A DNA stretch of 64,000 nucleotides from the NCBI GenBank assembly GCA_963702005.1, contig OY969696.1, positions 2,400,001 through 2,464,000 of the forward strand, read 5' to 3'. A model generated the notes under the pieces. That model was not told where the DNA came from. It saw only the letters and a list, made by a program, of their open reading frames with translations, and made no database searches. Position numbers and translations under genes: made by a program. Shown here piece after piece: positions 18,432 to 27,805 of the stretch (its first letter is position 1; the number at the start of each line of letters is the position of its first letter). Origin of the DNA: Candidatus Aminicenantes bacterium. GTDB taxonomy: Bacteria; Acidobacteriota; Aminicenantia; Aminicenantales; JAFGBC01.

Positions 18432-19860
18432 GCTTCTCCGCCAGGGCGTCGACCTGTTTCCCCGCAAGGCCGATTGGACCCAGACCGTTTCCGCGGTCGT
18501 CGCCCGCTACGGGAACGTTCCCGGACCCGACCTCGAGAGCGGGGCCGACGAGGTTCGCGTCCCGGGACGCATCCTCTCCGTCCGCCAGATGGGCAAAGCG
18601 ACCTTCTTCCACATCTCGGACAGCGCCGCCCGGCTCCAGGTCTATATCCGGGCCGATGTCATGGGACCCGATAACTACAAGCGATTCGGCCTGTTCGACA
18701 TCGGCGACATCATCCTGGCCGTCGGCAAGCTCTTCAAGACCAGGACCGGCGAGCTGACCGTCCTGGCTTCCGAAGTCGTCTTCCTGGCCAAATCCCTCCA
18801 CCCGCTTCCCGAGAAATGGCACGGCCTCCAGGACGTCGAGCTTCGCTACCGGAAGCGCTACCTGGACCTGATCGTGAACCCCGAGACCCACCGCGTCTTC
18901 CGCTTGAGAAGCGACGTCATATCCGCCATCCGACATTTCTTCGACGAACGCGGCTACGTCGAGGTCGAAACCCCGATGATGCATGCCATCCCGGGAGGGG
19001 CCCTGGCCCGGCCCTTCCGGACCCACCATAACGCGCTCGACATGGATCTCTACCTCCGAGTGGCTCCCGAGCTTTATCTGAAGAGGCTGGTCGTCGGCGG
19101 GCTCGAGCGCGTTTACGAGATCAACCGGAATTTCAGGAACGAGGGGATCTCTTCCGAGCACAACCCCGAGTTCACCATGCTCGAGTTCTACGAAGCCTAC
19201 AGCGACTACCATGCGATGATGGAGCTGACCGAGGAGCTCCTTTCTCAGCTCAGCCTCAAGCTCTTAGGGAAGGATGAGATACCCTTCGGCGAACAGACCA
19301 TCGCGCTCAAACGACCCTGGCGGAGGATAAAATACAAGGATGCGCTCGTCCAGTACAGCGGCCTGCCCCCCGCCAAGCTCGAGGACAGGGCCGGCCTGGT
19401 CGCCTTCGCCGCCAAGCTGGCCCCGGACAAGACTCCGTTGTCCTACGGCAAGGCCCTCGATGTCCTCTTCGACAGGTTCGTCAAGCACAACCTCGTCCAG
19501 CCGACCTTTGTCGTCAACCCGCCCCGGGAAATCTCTCCCCTGGCCAAGGCCTCCCGGGACAATCCCGATGAGGCCGAGCGCTTCGAGCTTATCGTGGCCG
19601 GGATGGAAATCGCCAACGCCTTCTCGGAGCTGACCGATCCCGCCGAGCAGCGGGCCCGCTTCGAGCAGCAGTTCGAGGAGAAGAAGCGGGGGGACGAGGA
19701 AGCCCATGTCATCGACGATGATTACGTCCAAGCCTTGGAGTACGGCCTTCCGCCGACCGGGGGAGAGGGGATCGGGATCGACCGCCTGGTGATGCTCCTG
19801 GCCGATAAGAAATCGATCCGGGAGGTTATCCTCTTCCCGCTCCTCCGGCCCAGGGAGTGA
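18361..19860 (+). CDS. lysS: Lysyl-tRNA synthetase (class II)
   Basis: OB anticodon domain, RYRKRYLDL, FRNEG..HNPEFTMLE, EYGLPPTGGEGIGIDRL. Confidence 0.97.
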   Translation: MDPKKEPEEQVGDQEQARRDNLAELLRQGVDLFPRKADWTQTVSAVVARYGNVPGPDLESGADEVRVPGRILSVRQMGKATFFHISDSAARLQVYIRADVMGPDNYKRFGLFDIGDIILAVGKLFKTRTGELTVLASEVVFLAKSLHPLPEKWHGLQDVELRYRKRYLDLIVNPETHRVFRLRSDVISAIRHFFDERGYVEVETPMMHAIPGGALARPFRTHHNALDMDLYLRVAPELYLKRLVVGGLERVYEINRNFRNEGISSEHNPEFTMLEFYEAYSDYHAMMELTEELLSQLSLKLLGKDEIPFGEQTIALKRPWRRIKYKDALVQYSGLPPAKLEDRAGLVAFAAKLAPDKTPLSYGKALDVLFDRFVKHNLVQPTFVVNPPREISPLAKASRDNPDEAERFELIVAGMEIANAFSELTDPAEQRARFEQQFEEKKRGDEEAHVIDDDYVQALEYGLPPTGGEGIGIDRLVMLLADKKSIREVILFPLLRPRE

Positions 19861-19880
19861 AGGACGTTACGGGACATCTC

Positions 19881-21098
19881 ATGCGCTACGAGTGGCTGAT
19901 CGCCCGACGCTACCTGACGGCCAGGCGGAAGCAGGCCTTCATTTCCGTCATCACCGTCATCTCCACGCTCGGGATCGCCATCGGGGTTATGGCTCTCGTC
20001 ATCGCCCTTGCCCTGATCACCGGCTTCCAAGGGGACGTCCAGGATAAAATCCTGGGCGCGACGTCCCATATCATGGTCTCGGACCTCACCGGCGAGGGCC
20101 TTCGGGATTTCCGGTCGCTCGAGGACAACATCCGCAAGGTCCCGGGCGTCCTCTCCGTCACGCCCGTCGTCTACAACACCGTCCTTGTCGCCGGCCCGTC
20201 CCGGAGTACGGGAGGCTATCTGAAGGGGATCGATTTCGAGAGGGAGTCGGCCCAGTCCCCCTGGCTCCTGAGCCTGGAGAAAGGACGCCTGCCCAAGGGC
20301 GGGGAACCGGAGGGGATTCTCCTCGGGCAGGATATGGCCGTCGCCATCGGAGCGAGCGTCGGGGACGTCGTGACGATTCTGACCGCGGCTTCCCGGCTGT
20401 CGCCGATCGGCCTCCTTCCCCGGACGAAACGGTTCACGGTCGCGGGGGTGTTCAAGACGGGGCTGTTCGAGTTCGACTCCTCGACGGCCATCCTGTCGAT
20501 CGGAGCGGCCCAGAAGTTCCTCGGAATGGGGGATAGCATCAGCTACCTTCAGGTCCGCGTCCGGGATATCTTCCGGGCGGCCCGGATCGGGGACGCGATC
20601 GAAGCCCTGAGCCCCGCGGCGGTCTACGTCACGACGTGGATGGAGCTCAACGAGTCCCTGTTTTCCGCCCTCAAGCTCGAAAAAAACATCATGTTCCTGA
20701 CGATCACGCTCATCGTCGTCGTGGCGGCCCTCAATATTATCGCCTCCCTGATCCTGATGGTCATGGAAAAGACGCGGGACATCGGGATCCTGATGGCCTT
20801 GGGTGCGACCCCTCGAGCCATCCGGCGGGTGTTCTTTTTTCAAGGCGCCGTCATCGGAGTCATCGGCACGGCCTGCGGGCTTCTCCTGGGCTTGGTCTGG
20901 TGCGGACTGGCGAACGTCTTCCAGCTCATCAAGGTTCCGGTCGACATCTACCAGATTTCCTATGTCCCGTTCCGGGTCAAGCCCCTGGACCTTCTCCTGA
21001 TCGTCGGCGTCACCTTGGCCATCAGCTTCACGTCGACGTTGTTCCCGTCGCGGCGGGCGGCCCGGATCGATCCCGTCGTCGCGCTCAAATATGAATGA
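19881..21098 (+). CDS. Lipoprotein-releasing ABC permease LolC/E (alternative start GTG 19857)
   Basis: IARRYL, GIAIGVMAL, LKLEK, VMEKTRDIGILMALGA; immediately upstream of lolD. Confidence 0.88.
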   Translation: MRYEWLIARRYLTARRKQAFISVITVISTLGIAIGVMALVIALALITGFQGDVQDKILGATSHIMVSDLTGEGLRDFRSLEDNIRKVPGVLSVTPVVYNTVLVAGPSRSTGGYLKGIDFERESAQSPWLLSLEKGRLPKGGEPEGILLGQDMAVAIGASVGDVVTILTAASRLSPIGLLPRTKRFTVAGVFKTGLFEFDSSTAILSIGAAQKFLGMGDSISYLQVRVRDIFRAARIGDAIEALSPAAVYVTTWMELNESLFSALKLEKNIMFLTITLIVVVAALNIIASLILMVMEKTRDIGILMALGATPRAIRRVFFFQGAVIGVIGTACGLLLGLVWCGLANVFQLIKVPVDIYQISYVPFRVKPLDLLLIVGVTLAISFTSTLFPSRRAARIDPVVALKYE

Positions 21099-21771
21099 CA
21101 TGATCCAAGCCGTCGACCTCGCTAAATCCTACCCGCTCCCCGAAGGGGCCTACCGTGTCTTCAGCGGCCTCAACTTCAATGTAAAACCGGGGGAGATGGT
21201 GGCCATCATGGGAGTCTCGGGAGTGGGAAAGACGACCCTCCTCAATCTCCTGGGCGGCCTGGACCGTCCGACCGAGGGCCGGGTTGTCCTGGACGGGGAC
21301 GACCTGGGGGGAAAGACGATCGAGGAGCTGGCGGCGATCAGGAACGGCAAGGTGGGGTTCGTCTTCCAGTTCTTCCACCTCCTGCCCGAGTTTACGGCCT
21401 TGGAGAACGTGAGCCTGCCGCTTCTCATCAGAGGGATGGACCGGTCCAGGGCCTTTCCCCGCGCGAAGGACCTCCTCCGGGATGTTTCCCTGGAAGAAAA
21501 AGCCGCGATGCGCCCCTCCCAGCTCTCGGGAGGAGAACAACAGAGAGTGTCGCTGGCCCGGGCCTTGGTGGGATCCCCCAAGCTCCTCCTGGCCGACGAG
21601 CCGACCGGGAATTTGGACTGGAAGACGGGAGAAGGAATCCTCGGCCTGATCAGGGATCTCCACGGCCGGATGGGGCTGACCTCGATCCTGGTGACCCATA
21701 ACGAGCGCGTCGCCGACCTCTGCGACCGGCGCCTCCTCATGGAAAAAGGCCGGCTGAAACGCCTGGGCTGA
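21091..21771 (+). CDS. lolD: Lipoprotein-releasing ABC ATPase
   Basis: GVSGVGKT, GFVFQFFHLLPEFTALENV, LSGGEQQR, ADEPTGNLD. Confidence 0.88.
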   Translation: MNDMIQAVDLAKSYPLPEGAYRVFSGLNFNVKPGEMVAIMGVSGVGKTTLLNLLGGLDRPTEGRVVLDGDDLGGKTIEELAAIRNGKVGFVFQFFHLLPEFTALENVSLPLLIRGMDRSRAFPRAKDLLRDVSLEEKAAMRPSQLSGGEQQRVSLARALVGSPKLLLADEPTGNLDWKTGEGILGLIRDLHGRMGLTSILVTHNERVADLCDRRLLMEKGRLKRLG

Positions 21772-21865
21772 AACCGGCGTTTCAGGTAATGGACGCTTAG
21801 AATTATCCCTTGGGGCGAATCCGCTTGGAAAAAAGCGTCCGATATGGTATAAAAAGGATTTCCAA

Positions 21866-24193
21866 ATGAAGAAAACGACGCTCTTCCTGATCTTGTGGGG
21901 ACTTCCCCTGGTCCTGGCGGCCCAAAACGCCATCGACCGGATCGATGTCGTCGGCAATGAACGGGTCACCAAGGAAACGATCCTTTACTATCTCTCCCTC
22001 AAAGAAGGGGACTATTTCAACGAAGATATCTTCCGCCGGGACTTTCGGGTCCTGTGGTCGACGGGTTTTTTCGCCAACCTCAAGATGGAGGACGTGGACG
22101 CCCCGGGCGGCAAGATCGTCCGGATCACCGTCGAGGAAAATCCGGTCGTCAAGGCCGTGACTTTCAAGACGGGCAAGAAGGTCAAGGAAGACGACATCAT
22201 CAGCAAGCTCAAAGAGAAGGACGAGTATATCCTGGCCTATTCCTACTATAGCCCTTTCAAGGTCGAGAGGGCCCGCAAGACGATCCAGGACCTGCTGTCC
22301 GAGAAAGGCCTCCAGCTGGCCAAGATCGACGTCGCGACCGAGCATAAGGGGAAGAGCGAAGTCGAGGTCTTGTTCAGGATCGACGAAGGCCCCAAGGTCC
22401 GGGTCGGCGCCATCGACTTCGAGGGGGCGACCAAGCTTCCCCCCAGCTTCCTGCGTGAGGCCCTTAAGGACAACCAGCCCCATAACCTCCTGAGCTGGGT
22501 CGGCGGAAAGGACGTCTTCAAGCAGAACAAACTGGCCGAATGCGCCGACCTCATCAAGAAGAAGCTCCAGGAGAGCGGCTATATGGAGGCGACCGTCGGC
22601 GAGCCCAAGATCAGCGAGATGACCCGGCGGACCGTCCTGTTCAAGAAACAGACGATGATGCGGATCGTTTTTCCCGTCAACGCCGGCTACCCCTACCGGG
22701 TCGGCGAGGTCAAAGTCGACGGCAATAAGGCCCTCAGCGCCGCCTACATCCGGAGCCTGATCAAGCTCGACCCGGGCAGCCTGTACAGCACCAAGGTCCG
22801 CGAGAAGTCCATCAAGGACGTCCAGGAGCTCTATGCGAACGGCGGCTACCTCTACGCCCAAATTATCCCGGTCGAAAGCCTCGACCCCAAGCGGAAGGTC
22901 GTCAACGTGACCTTCAACGTCGCCGAGGGAGAGGTCGTCACCCTCAGCCGCCTCGAGTTCCGCGGCAACATCTTCACCAAGGACAAGGTCATCCGGCGAG
23001 AAATGCTCCTCCGGGAAGGGGACCGCTTCAGCCTGGCCATGTTCAAGGACAGCGTCCTGCGGATCAAGCAGCTCGGGCTGGTCGACCTCGAGAAGGAGCC
23101 CGACCTCAAGCCCGATCCCGAGGACCCGACCAAGATGAACGTCACGGTCAACGTCAAGGAGCTCCAGCGCAACAACATTCAGTTCACGGCCGGCTACAGC
23201 GGCTACGAGGGAACCTTCGTCGCCCTGAGCTATTCGACGGTCAACTTTCTGGGCGCGGGCGAGAACCTGGAACTCATGCTCCAGTACGGAAAGCGGATCA
23301 AGAACTACTCGTTCGGATTCACCGAGCCCTACATCTTCGACCGGCCGATCAGCGTCGGCTTCAATATCTATGACCGCTACATGATCATTCCCTACCTTTA
23401 CGACCGGAAGGGGAAGGGGATCGACCTGACCTTGGGCGCCCGCCTGTTCGGATACTGGCGAAGCAGCCTGACCTACGGCTTCGAATACGTCAACATCTCG
23501 GCGCCCTCTGTGACCTCGGGCTACCCCAGCGACTATTCCTACTATGATCCGACCTACTACAGTAGTATGTACGGGTTGGGGAACTATAATGTCAGCAGCA
23601 TCGAGCCGACCCTGTACCGGACGACGATCGACAGCCCCTTGACGCCGACCCGGGGGACGATGTACCTGATCGGCCTCCGCTACGCGGGGACCTTCCTGGG
23701 GGGCGAGATCGACCTCGTCAAGCCCCACGTCGAATGGTCGTTCTACCATCCTCTCATCGGCCATAACGTCGTCGGCTTCCATGTCGACTACCAGTTCGTC
23801 CGGAAGATCGGCCATTCCGATATTCCTTTCTGGGAGCGGTTCTACTTGGGCGGCGAGCGGTCCATCCGAGGCTACGATATCTACACGATCGGGCCCCGGA
23901 CCTCCTCGGGAACCCTGATGGGCGGCCTGACCTCCTTCATCTTCAACGCCGAGTATATCATTCCCGTCGGCGGACCCCTGTACGCCATCTTCTTCTACGA
24001 TGCCGGGAACGCCTGGGCGCACAGCCAAGTCCTCAACCTCAAGGACCTCTACGCCTCGGCCGGCATCGAGGCCAGGGTTTTCGTGCCCGCCCTCCGCGTT
24101 CCCTTCCGGCTCATCTTCGCCTACAACTCGCGCAAGATCTACCCCGACGATCCGAGCTTCGCCTTCCGGTTCGCCGTGGGAACGACGTTTTAG
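21866..24193 (+). CDS. bamA: Outer-membrane protein assembly factor BamA
   Basis: POTRA repeats, TKDKVIRRE, FTEPY, RFYLGG..IRGY, FYDAGN, C-terminal F. Confidence 0.93.
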   Translation: MKKTTLFLILWGLPLVLAAQNAIDRIDVVGNERVTKETILYYLSLKEGDYFNEDIFRRDFRVLWSTGFFANLKMEDVDAPGGKIVRITVEENPVVKAVTFKTGKKVKEDDIISKLKEKDEYILAYSYYSPFKVERARKTIQDLLSEKGLQLAKIDVATEHKGKSEVEVLFRIDEGPKVRVGAIDFEGATKLPPSFLREALKDNQPHNLLSWVGGKDVFKQNKLAECADLIKKKLQESGYMEATVGEPKISEMTRRTVLFKKQTMMRIVFPVNAGYPYRVGEVKVDGNKALSAAYIRSLIKLDPGSLYSTKVREKSIKDVQELYANGGYLYAQIIPVESLDPKRKVVNVTFNVAEGEVVTLSRLEFRGNIFTKDKVIRREMLLREGDRFSLAMFKDSVLRIKQLGLVDLEKEPDLKPDPEDPTKMNVTVNVKELQRNNIQFTAGYSGYEGTFVALSYSTVNFLGAGENLELMLQYGKRIKNYSFGFTEPYIFDRPISVGFNIYDRYMIIPYLYDRKGKGIDLTLGARLFGYWRSSLTYGFEYVNISAPSVTSGYPSDYSYYDPTYYSSMYGLGNYNVSSIEPTLYRTTIDSPLTPTRGTMYLIGLRYAGTFLGGEIDLVKPHVEWSFYHPLIGHNVVGFHVDYQFVRKIGHSDIPFWERFYLGGERSIRGYDIYTIGPRTSSGTLMGGLTSFIFNAEYIIPVGGPLYAIFFYDAGNAWAHSQVLNLKDLYASAGIEARVFVPALRVPFRLIFAYNSRKIYPDDPSFAFRFAVGTTF

Positions 24194-24239
24194 ACGGACA
24201 TCACCTTGGTGTGAACATAGTGACTTAGGAGGTTCAACG

Positions 24240-24779
24240 ATGAAACGCGCAACTCGTATCCTGACGCTCGTCCTGATGGGGATAGTCCTGGCCGCCGCCG
24301 GCTACGCCCAGCAGGCCGCCAAGATCGGCGTCGTCAACTCCCAGGACGTCCTGGAAAAATCGACCGAAGGCAAGAAGGTTATCGCCCGGCTCCAGGAGAA
24401 GGACAAACAGACCCAAGCCTCCCTGGCCAAGCTTGACGACGACATCCGCCAGCTCGAGACCAAGCTCAACACCCAGCGTTTGACCCTGACCGATGAGGCC
24501 GTTCTCCAGATGACATCCGACCTCGACAAGAAGCGCACGGACCGCAAGCGCGTCGGCGAGGACTCGACCCGCGAGCTCCAGGAGCTCCAGTACCGGCTGT
24601 TTAACAAGGTTCAGAGCGAACTCCTGTCCATCATCGAGGGGATCGGCCGGGAGAAGAACCTCGACATCATCTTGGACCTGGCCAAGAGCGGGGCCGTTTA
24701 TTTCAGCCCCGCCATCAGCATCACCGACGAGGTCATCCGGCGCTACGACGCGTCCAAGGCGACCCCTCCCGCCAAGTGA
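24240..24779 (+). CDS. skp: Periplasmic chaperone Skp/OmpH
   Basis: Signal peptide, KIGVVN, coiled coil, ITDEVI; follows bamA. Confidence 0.88.
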   Translation: MKRATRILTLVLMGIVLAAAGYAQQAAKIGVVNSQDVLEKSTEGKKVIARLQEKDKQTQASLAKLDDDIRQLETKLNTQRLTLTDEAVLQMTSDLDKKRTDRKRVGEDSTRELQELQYRLFNKVQSELLSIIEGIGREKNLDIILDLAKSGAVYFSPAISITDEVIRRYDASKATPPAK

Positions 24780-24810
24780 GCGGGCCGGCCGCGAGAGCCG
24801 CATCAGGGCG

Positions 24811-25260
24811 ATGGATATTCAACAGATCCTTAAGTTTCTGCCCCACCGCTATCCCTTTCTTCTCGTCGACCGGGTCCTGGACGTCCAGGCGGGGCGGTCC
24901 ATCATCGCCGTCAAGAACGTCACCTACAATGAAGCCTTCTTCCAAGGCCATTTCCCGGAGTTTAAGGTCATGCCCGGCGTCCTCATCATCGAGGCCATCG
25001 CCCAAGCCGGCGGGATCCTTCTCTTCCATTCGATCCCCGATCCCCAGACCAAGCTCGTCCTCCTCTCCAAGATCGACAAAGCCAAGTTCCGGCGGACCGT
25101 CGTCCCGGGAGATCAGCTTCGGCTCGAGGCCGAAATCATCAAGCTCAAGAGCCGTTTCTGCCATCTCAGGGGGAGGGCCCTGGTTGATGGGGATATCGCC
25201 GTAGAGGGCGAGATCATGGCCTTCGTCGTCGACGCCGAGGAGATGAATGCCTCCAAGTGA
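24811..25260 (+). CDS. fabZ: 3-hydroxyacyl-ACP dehydratase
   Basis: LPHRYPFLLVDR, KNVTYNE, GHFP..MPGVLIIEAIAQ. Confidence 0.96.
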   Translation: MDIQQILKFLPHRYPFLLVDRVLDVQAGRSIIAVKNVTYNEAFFQGHFPEFKVMPGVLIIEAIAQAGGILLFHSIPDPQTKLVLLSKIDKAKFRRTVVPGDQLRLEAEIIKLKSRFCHLRGRALVDGDIAVEGEIMAFVVDAEEMNASK

Positions 25261-26071
25261 GGTCGTCGTTCATCCTTCGGCGGTCGTCCGGCCGGGCGCC
25301 CGCCTGGACGAGGGGGTTTTCGTCGGCCCCGGCTGCCTGGTCGGCCCAGACGTCACCATCCTCAAGGAGACCAGGCTCGAGGGCCATATCGTCGTCACCG
25401 GCCGGACCGTCGTCGGCGCCCGCTGCCGGTTCTCACCCTTCGCGGTCATCGGCACCGAGCCCCAGGACGTCGGCTACCGGGAGGAGGCCACCGAAGTCAC
25501 GATCGGCGACGACAACATCTTCCGGGAATTCGTGACGGTCCACCGCGGGACGATCAAGGGCGGCGGGCGGACGACCATCGGGAACGGCAACTATTTCATG
25601 GATTATGCCCATGTCGGCCATGACTGCCGGATCGGGAACGAATGCGTGTTCATCAACAACGCGACCCTGGCCGGCCACGTGACCGTGGACGATTTCGTCA
25701 CCATGAGCGGTTTCACCGGCGTTCACCAGTTTTGCCGGATCGGACGCTACGCCTTTTTGGGCGGGGACACGATCGTCACTCAAGATGTCGTGCCCTTCAG
25801 CCGCGTCGTCGGGAGCCGGCCGGCCCGGCTTTACGGCCTCAACGTCGTCGGGCTCAGACGGCGCGGCCTGTCGGCCGAGCGTCGGAACGCCCTCAAGTCC
25901 ATGTTCAAGCTCCTGTTCTATTCGGGCCTGAGCACGCCCCAGGCCCTGGAAGGGATCCGGAGCCAATTCCCGCCGGGCGAGGACCGGGACCTGCTCCTGG
26001 ACTTCATCGCGACGTCCAAGAGAGGTATCCTGAAAAAAACGGCGGAAGCATGGGAAGACGAATCGGACTAG
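25247..26071 (+). CDS. lpxA: UDP-GlcNAc acyltransferase
   Basis: Hexapeptide repeats, PQD, REFVTVHRGT, HVGHDC, LAGHV, HQFCRIG, GLNVVGLRRRG. Confidence 0.93.
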   Translation: MPPSEVVVHPSAVVRPGARLDEGVFVGPGCLVGPDVTILKETRLEGHIVVTGRTVVGARCRFSPFAVIGTEPQDVGYREEATEVTIGDDNIFREFVTVHRGTIKGGGRTTIGNGNYFMDYAHVGHDCRIGNECVFINNATLAGHVTVDDFVTMSGFTGVHQFCRIGRYAFLGGDTIVTQDVVPFSRVVGSRPARLYGLNVVGLRRRGLSAERRNALKSMFKLLFYSGLSTPQALEGIRSQFPPGEDRDLLLDFIATSKRGILKKTAEAWEDESD

Positions 26072-26859
26072 TTGCCGGTTCCGGCGCCATCCCCCGTTTT
26101 GTCCTGGAGGACGCCCGCGCCCGTGGCTGGAGCGCGGCCGTGGCCGCCGTCCGGGGCGAGGCCGATCCCGGCCTGGCCGAGCTGGCCGACGCCTTCGAAT
26201 GGATCGGTCCTTGGGACGTCGCCGGGCTCGTCGGCTTTTTCCGGCGGGCTCGAGTCGGGACGGTCTTCTTGGTCGGAAAGGTCGGCCCGCGGACGGCGCT
26301 GGAGAGCGCGGGGGCCGAGGCCGCCTTTCTCGAGCTGCTGGCCAAGGCCGGCGACCGGACGCCCGGTGCGCTTCTCCGCGTCCTCATCGACCATCTGGCC
26401 GGCCAGGGACTCGTTGTCGAGGATCCCGGCGTCTTTTTCGAACGGTTCCTGTGCCCGGCCGGAGTCCTGACCGGGACCGAACCTGTCCCGGCCGTCCTCG
26501 AGGATATCGGATTCGGCTGGCCGCTCGTCAAGAGGATCGCGGATGAAGAGATCGGCCAGACCCTCGTCGTCAAGGAGAGGGCGGTCGTAGCCGTCGAAGG
26601 CATGGAGGGAACGGACCGGGCCATCCTTCGCGCCAGCCATCTCGCCGGCGGCGGGACCGTCGTCCTCAAAGCCGGCCGCCGGCGTCAGGACCCGCGGATC
26701 GACCTCCCGGCCGTCGGGATCGGGACCGTCCGCAGCCTGGTCGAAGCCCGGGCGGCGGCCCTCTGCATCGAGGCGGAGGCCGTCCCCTTCTTCCAGAAGG
26801 AAGAGGCGCTGGCCCTGGCCGACGCCAACGGGATCGCGGTCTTGGCCCGGACAGGCTGA
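26050..26859 (+). CDS. lpxI: UDP-2,3-diacylglucosamine diphosphatase LpxI
   Basis: IGLVAGSGAIP, EIGQ, AVEGMEGTD, QDPRIDLPAVG; ATG at 26050. Confidence 0.88.
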   Translation: MGRRIGLVAGSGAIPRFVLEDARARGWSAAVAAVRGEADPGLAELADAFEWIGPWDVAGLVGFFRRARVGTVFLVGKVGPRTALESAGAEAAFLELLAKAGDRTPGALLRVLIDHLAGQGLVVEDPGVFFERFLCPAGVLTGTEPVPAVLEDIGFGWPLVKRIADEEIGQTLVVKERAVVAVEGMEGTDRAILRASHLAGGGTVVLKAGRRRQDPRIDLPAVGIGTVRSLVEARAAALCIEAEAVPFFQKEEALALADANGIAVLARTG

Positions 26860-26886
26860 GGAACGCCGTCGCAAGGAGCGAAGCGA

Positions 26887-27801
26887 ATGGAGAAGGTCAA
26901 AGTCGGGATCATCGGCGTCGGATACTTGGGGACCCAGCATGCCCGCATCCTGTCCTATCTCGAGGAGGCGGAGCTCAAGGCCGTTGCCGATATCAATTTC
27001 CGGAAGGCCCTCGAAATCGGCAACCGCCACGGCGTCCAGTATTACCAGAATTACCAGGAAATGATCGACGACATCGACGCGGCCGTCGTCGCGACGCCGA
27101 CCGTCGAGCACTTCGCGATCTCGATGGACCTCCTCGAGCGGGGCAAATCGGTCCTGGTCGAGAAGCCGATCACGGCGACCGTTGAAGAGGGCGAGCGCCT
27201 CGTCGAGACGGCCGCCCGGAAAGGCCTCATCCTCCAGGTCGGCCATCTCGAGCGCTTCAACCCGGCCGTTGAGGCCGTCGAGAACCTCATCACCGACCCC
27301 AAATTCATCGAGGTCCAGCGGCTGGGGTCCTTTTCGGCCCGCTCCCTCGACATCGATGTCGTCCTCGACCTGATGATCCACGATCTCGACATCATCCTGG
27401 CTCTCATCAAGGACGAGGTCGTCGGAATCAAATCCTCGGGGATCCACGTCCTCTCGGAGAAAATCGACATCGCCAACGCCCGGATCGAATTCAAATCGGG
27501 CTGCGTGGCGACTTTGACGGCGAGCCGCGTCCACCAGGGCAAGGTCCGCAAACTCCGTATTTTCGAGCCGACTTCCTACTACTCGATCGATTACATCGAC
27601 CAGGAGGTCAAGGTCTTTCCCCTCCACGGCCGCCAGACGGACATCAAGACCCTGAAAATCCAGAAGGAGGAGCCTCTCAAGAAGGAGCTCAAGAACTTCC
27701 TGGACAGCGTCCGGACGGGCAACACGAACAAGGTGACGGGCGAGGAAGGGCTGCGGGCCCTTCGGCTCGCCTACGGCGTCCTTCGCGAAGCCGAGATCTG
27801 A
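26887..27801 (+). CDS. Gfo/Idh/MocA oxidoreductase, GnnA-like
   Basis: GVGYLG, VEKP, QVGHLERFNP, DVVLDLMIHDLD, ASR; directly after lpxA-lpxI. Confidence 0.8.
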   Translation: MEKVKVGIIGVGYLGTQHARILSYLEEAELKAVADINFRKALEIGNRHGVQYYQNYQEMIDDIDAAVVATPTVEHFAISMDLLERGKSVLVEKPITATVEEGERLVETAARKGLILQVGHLERFNPAVEAVENLITDPKFIEVQRLGSFSARSLDIDVVLDLMIHDLDIILALIKDEVVGIKSSGIHVLSEKIDIANARIEFKSGCVATLTASRVHQGKVRKLRIFEPTSYYSIDYIDQEVKVFPLHGRQTDIKTLKIQKEEPLKKELKNFLDSVRTGNTNKVTGEEGLRALRLAYGVLREAEI

Positions 27802-27805
27802 GAGC

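Noticed and set aside
18361-19860. lysS as EpmA (EF-P lysyltransferase)
   Set aside because: It is full length with the anticodon-binding OB domain, so it is the true LysRS.
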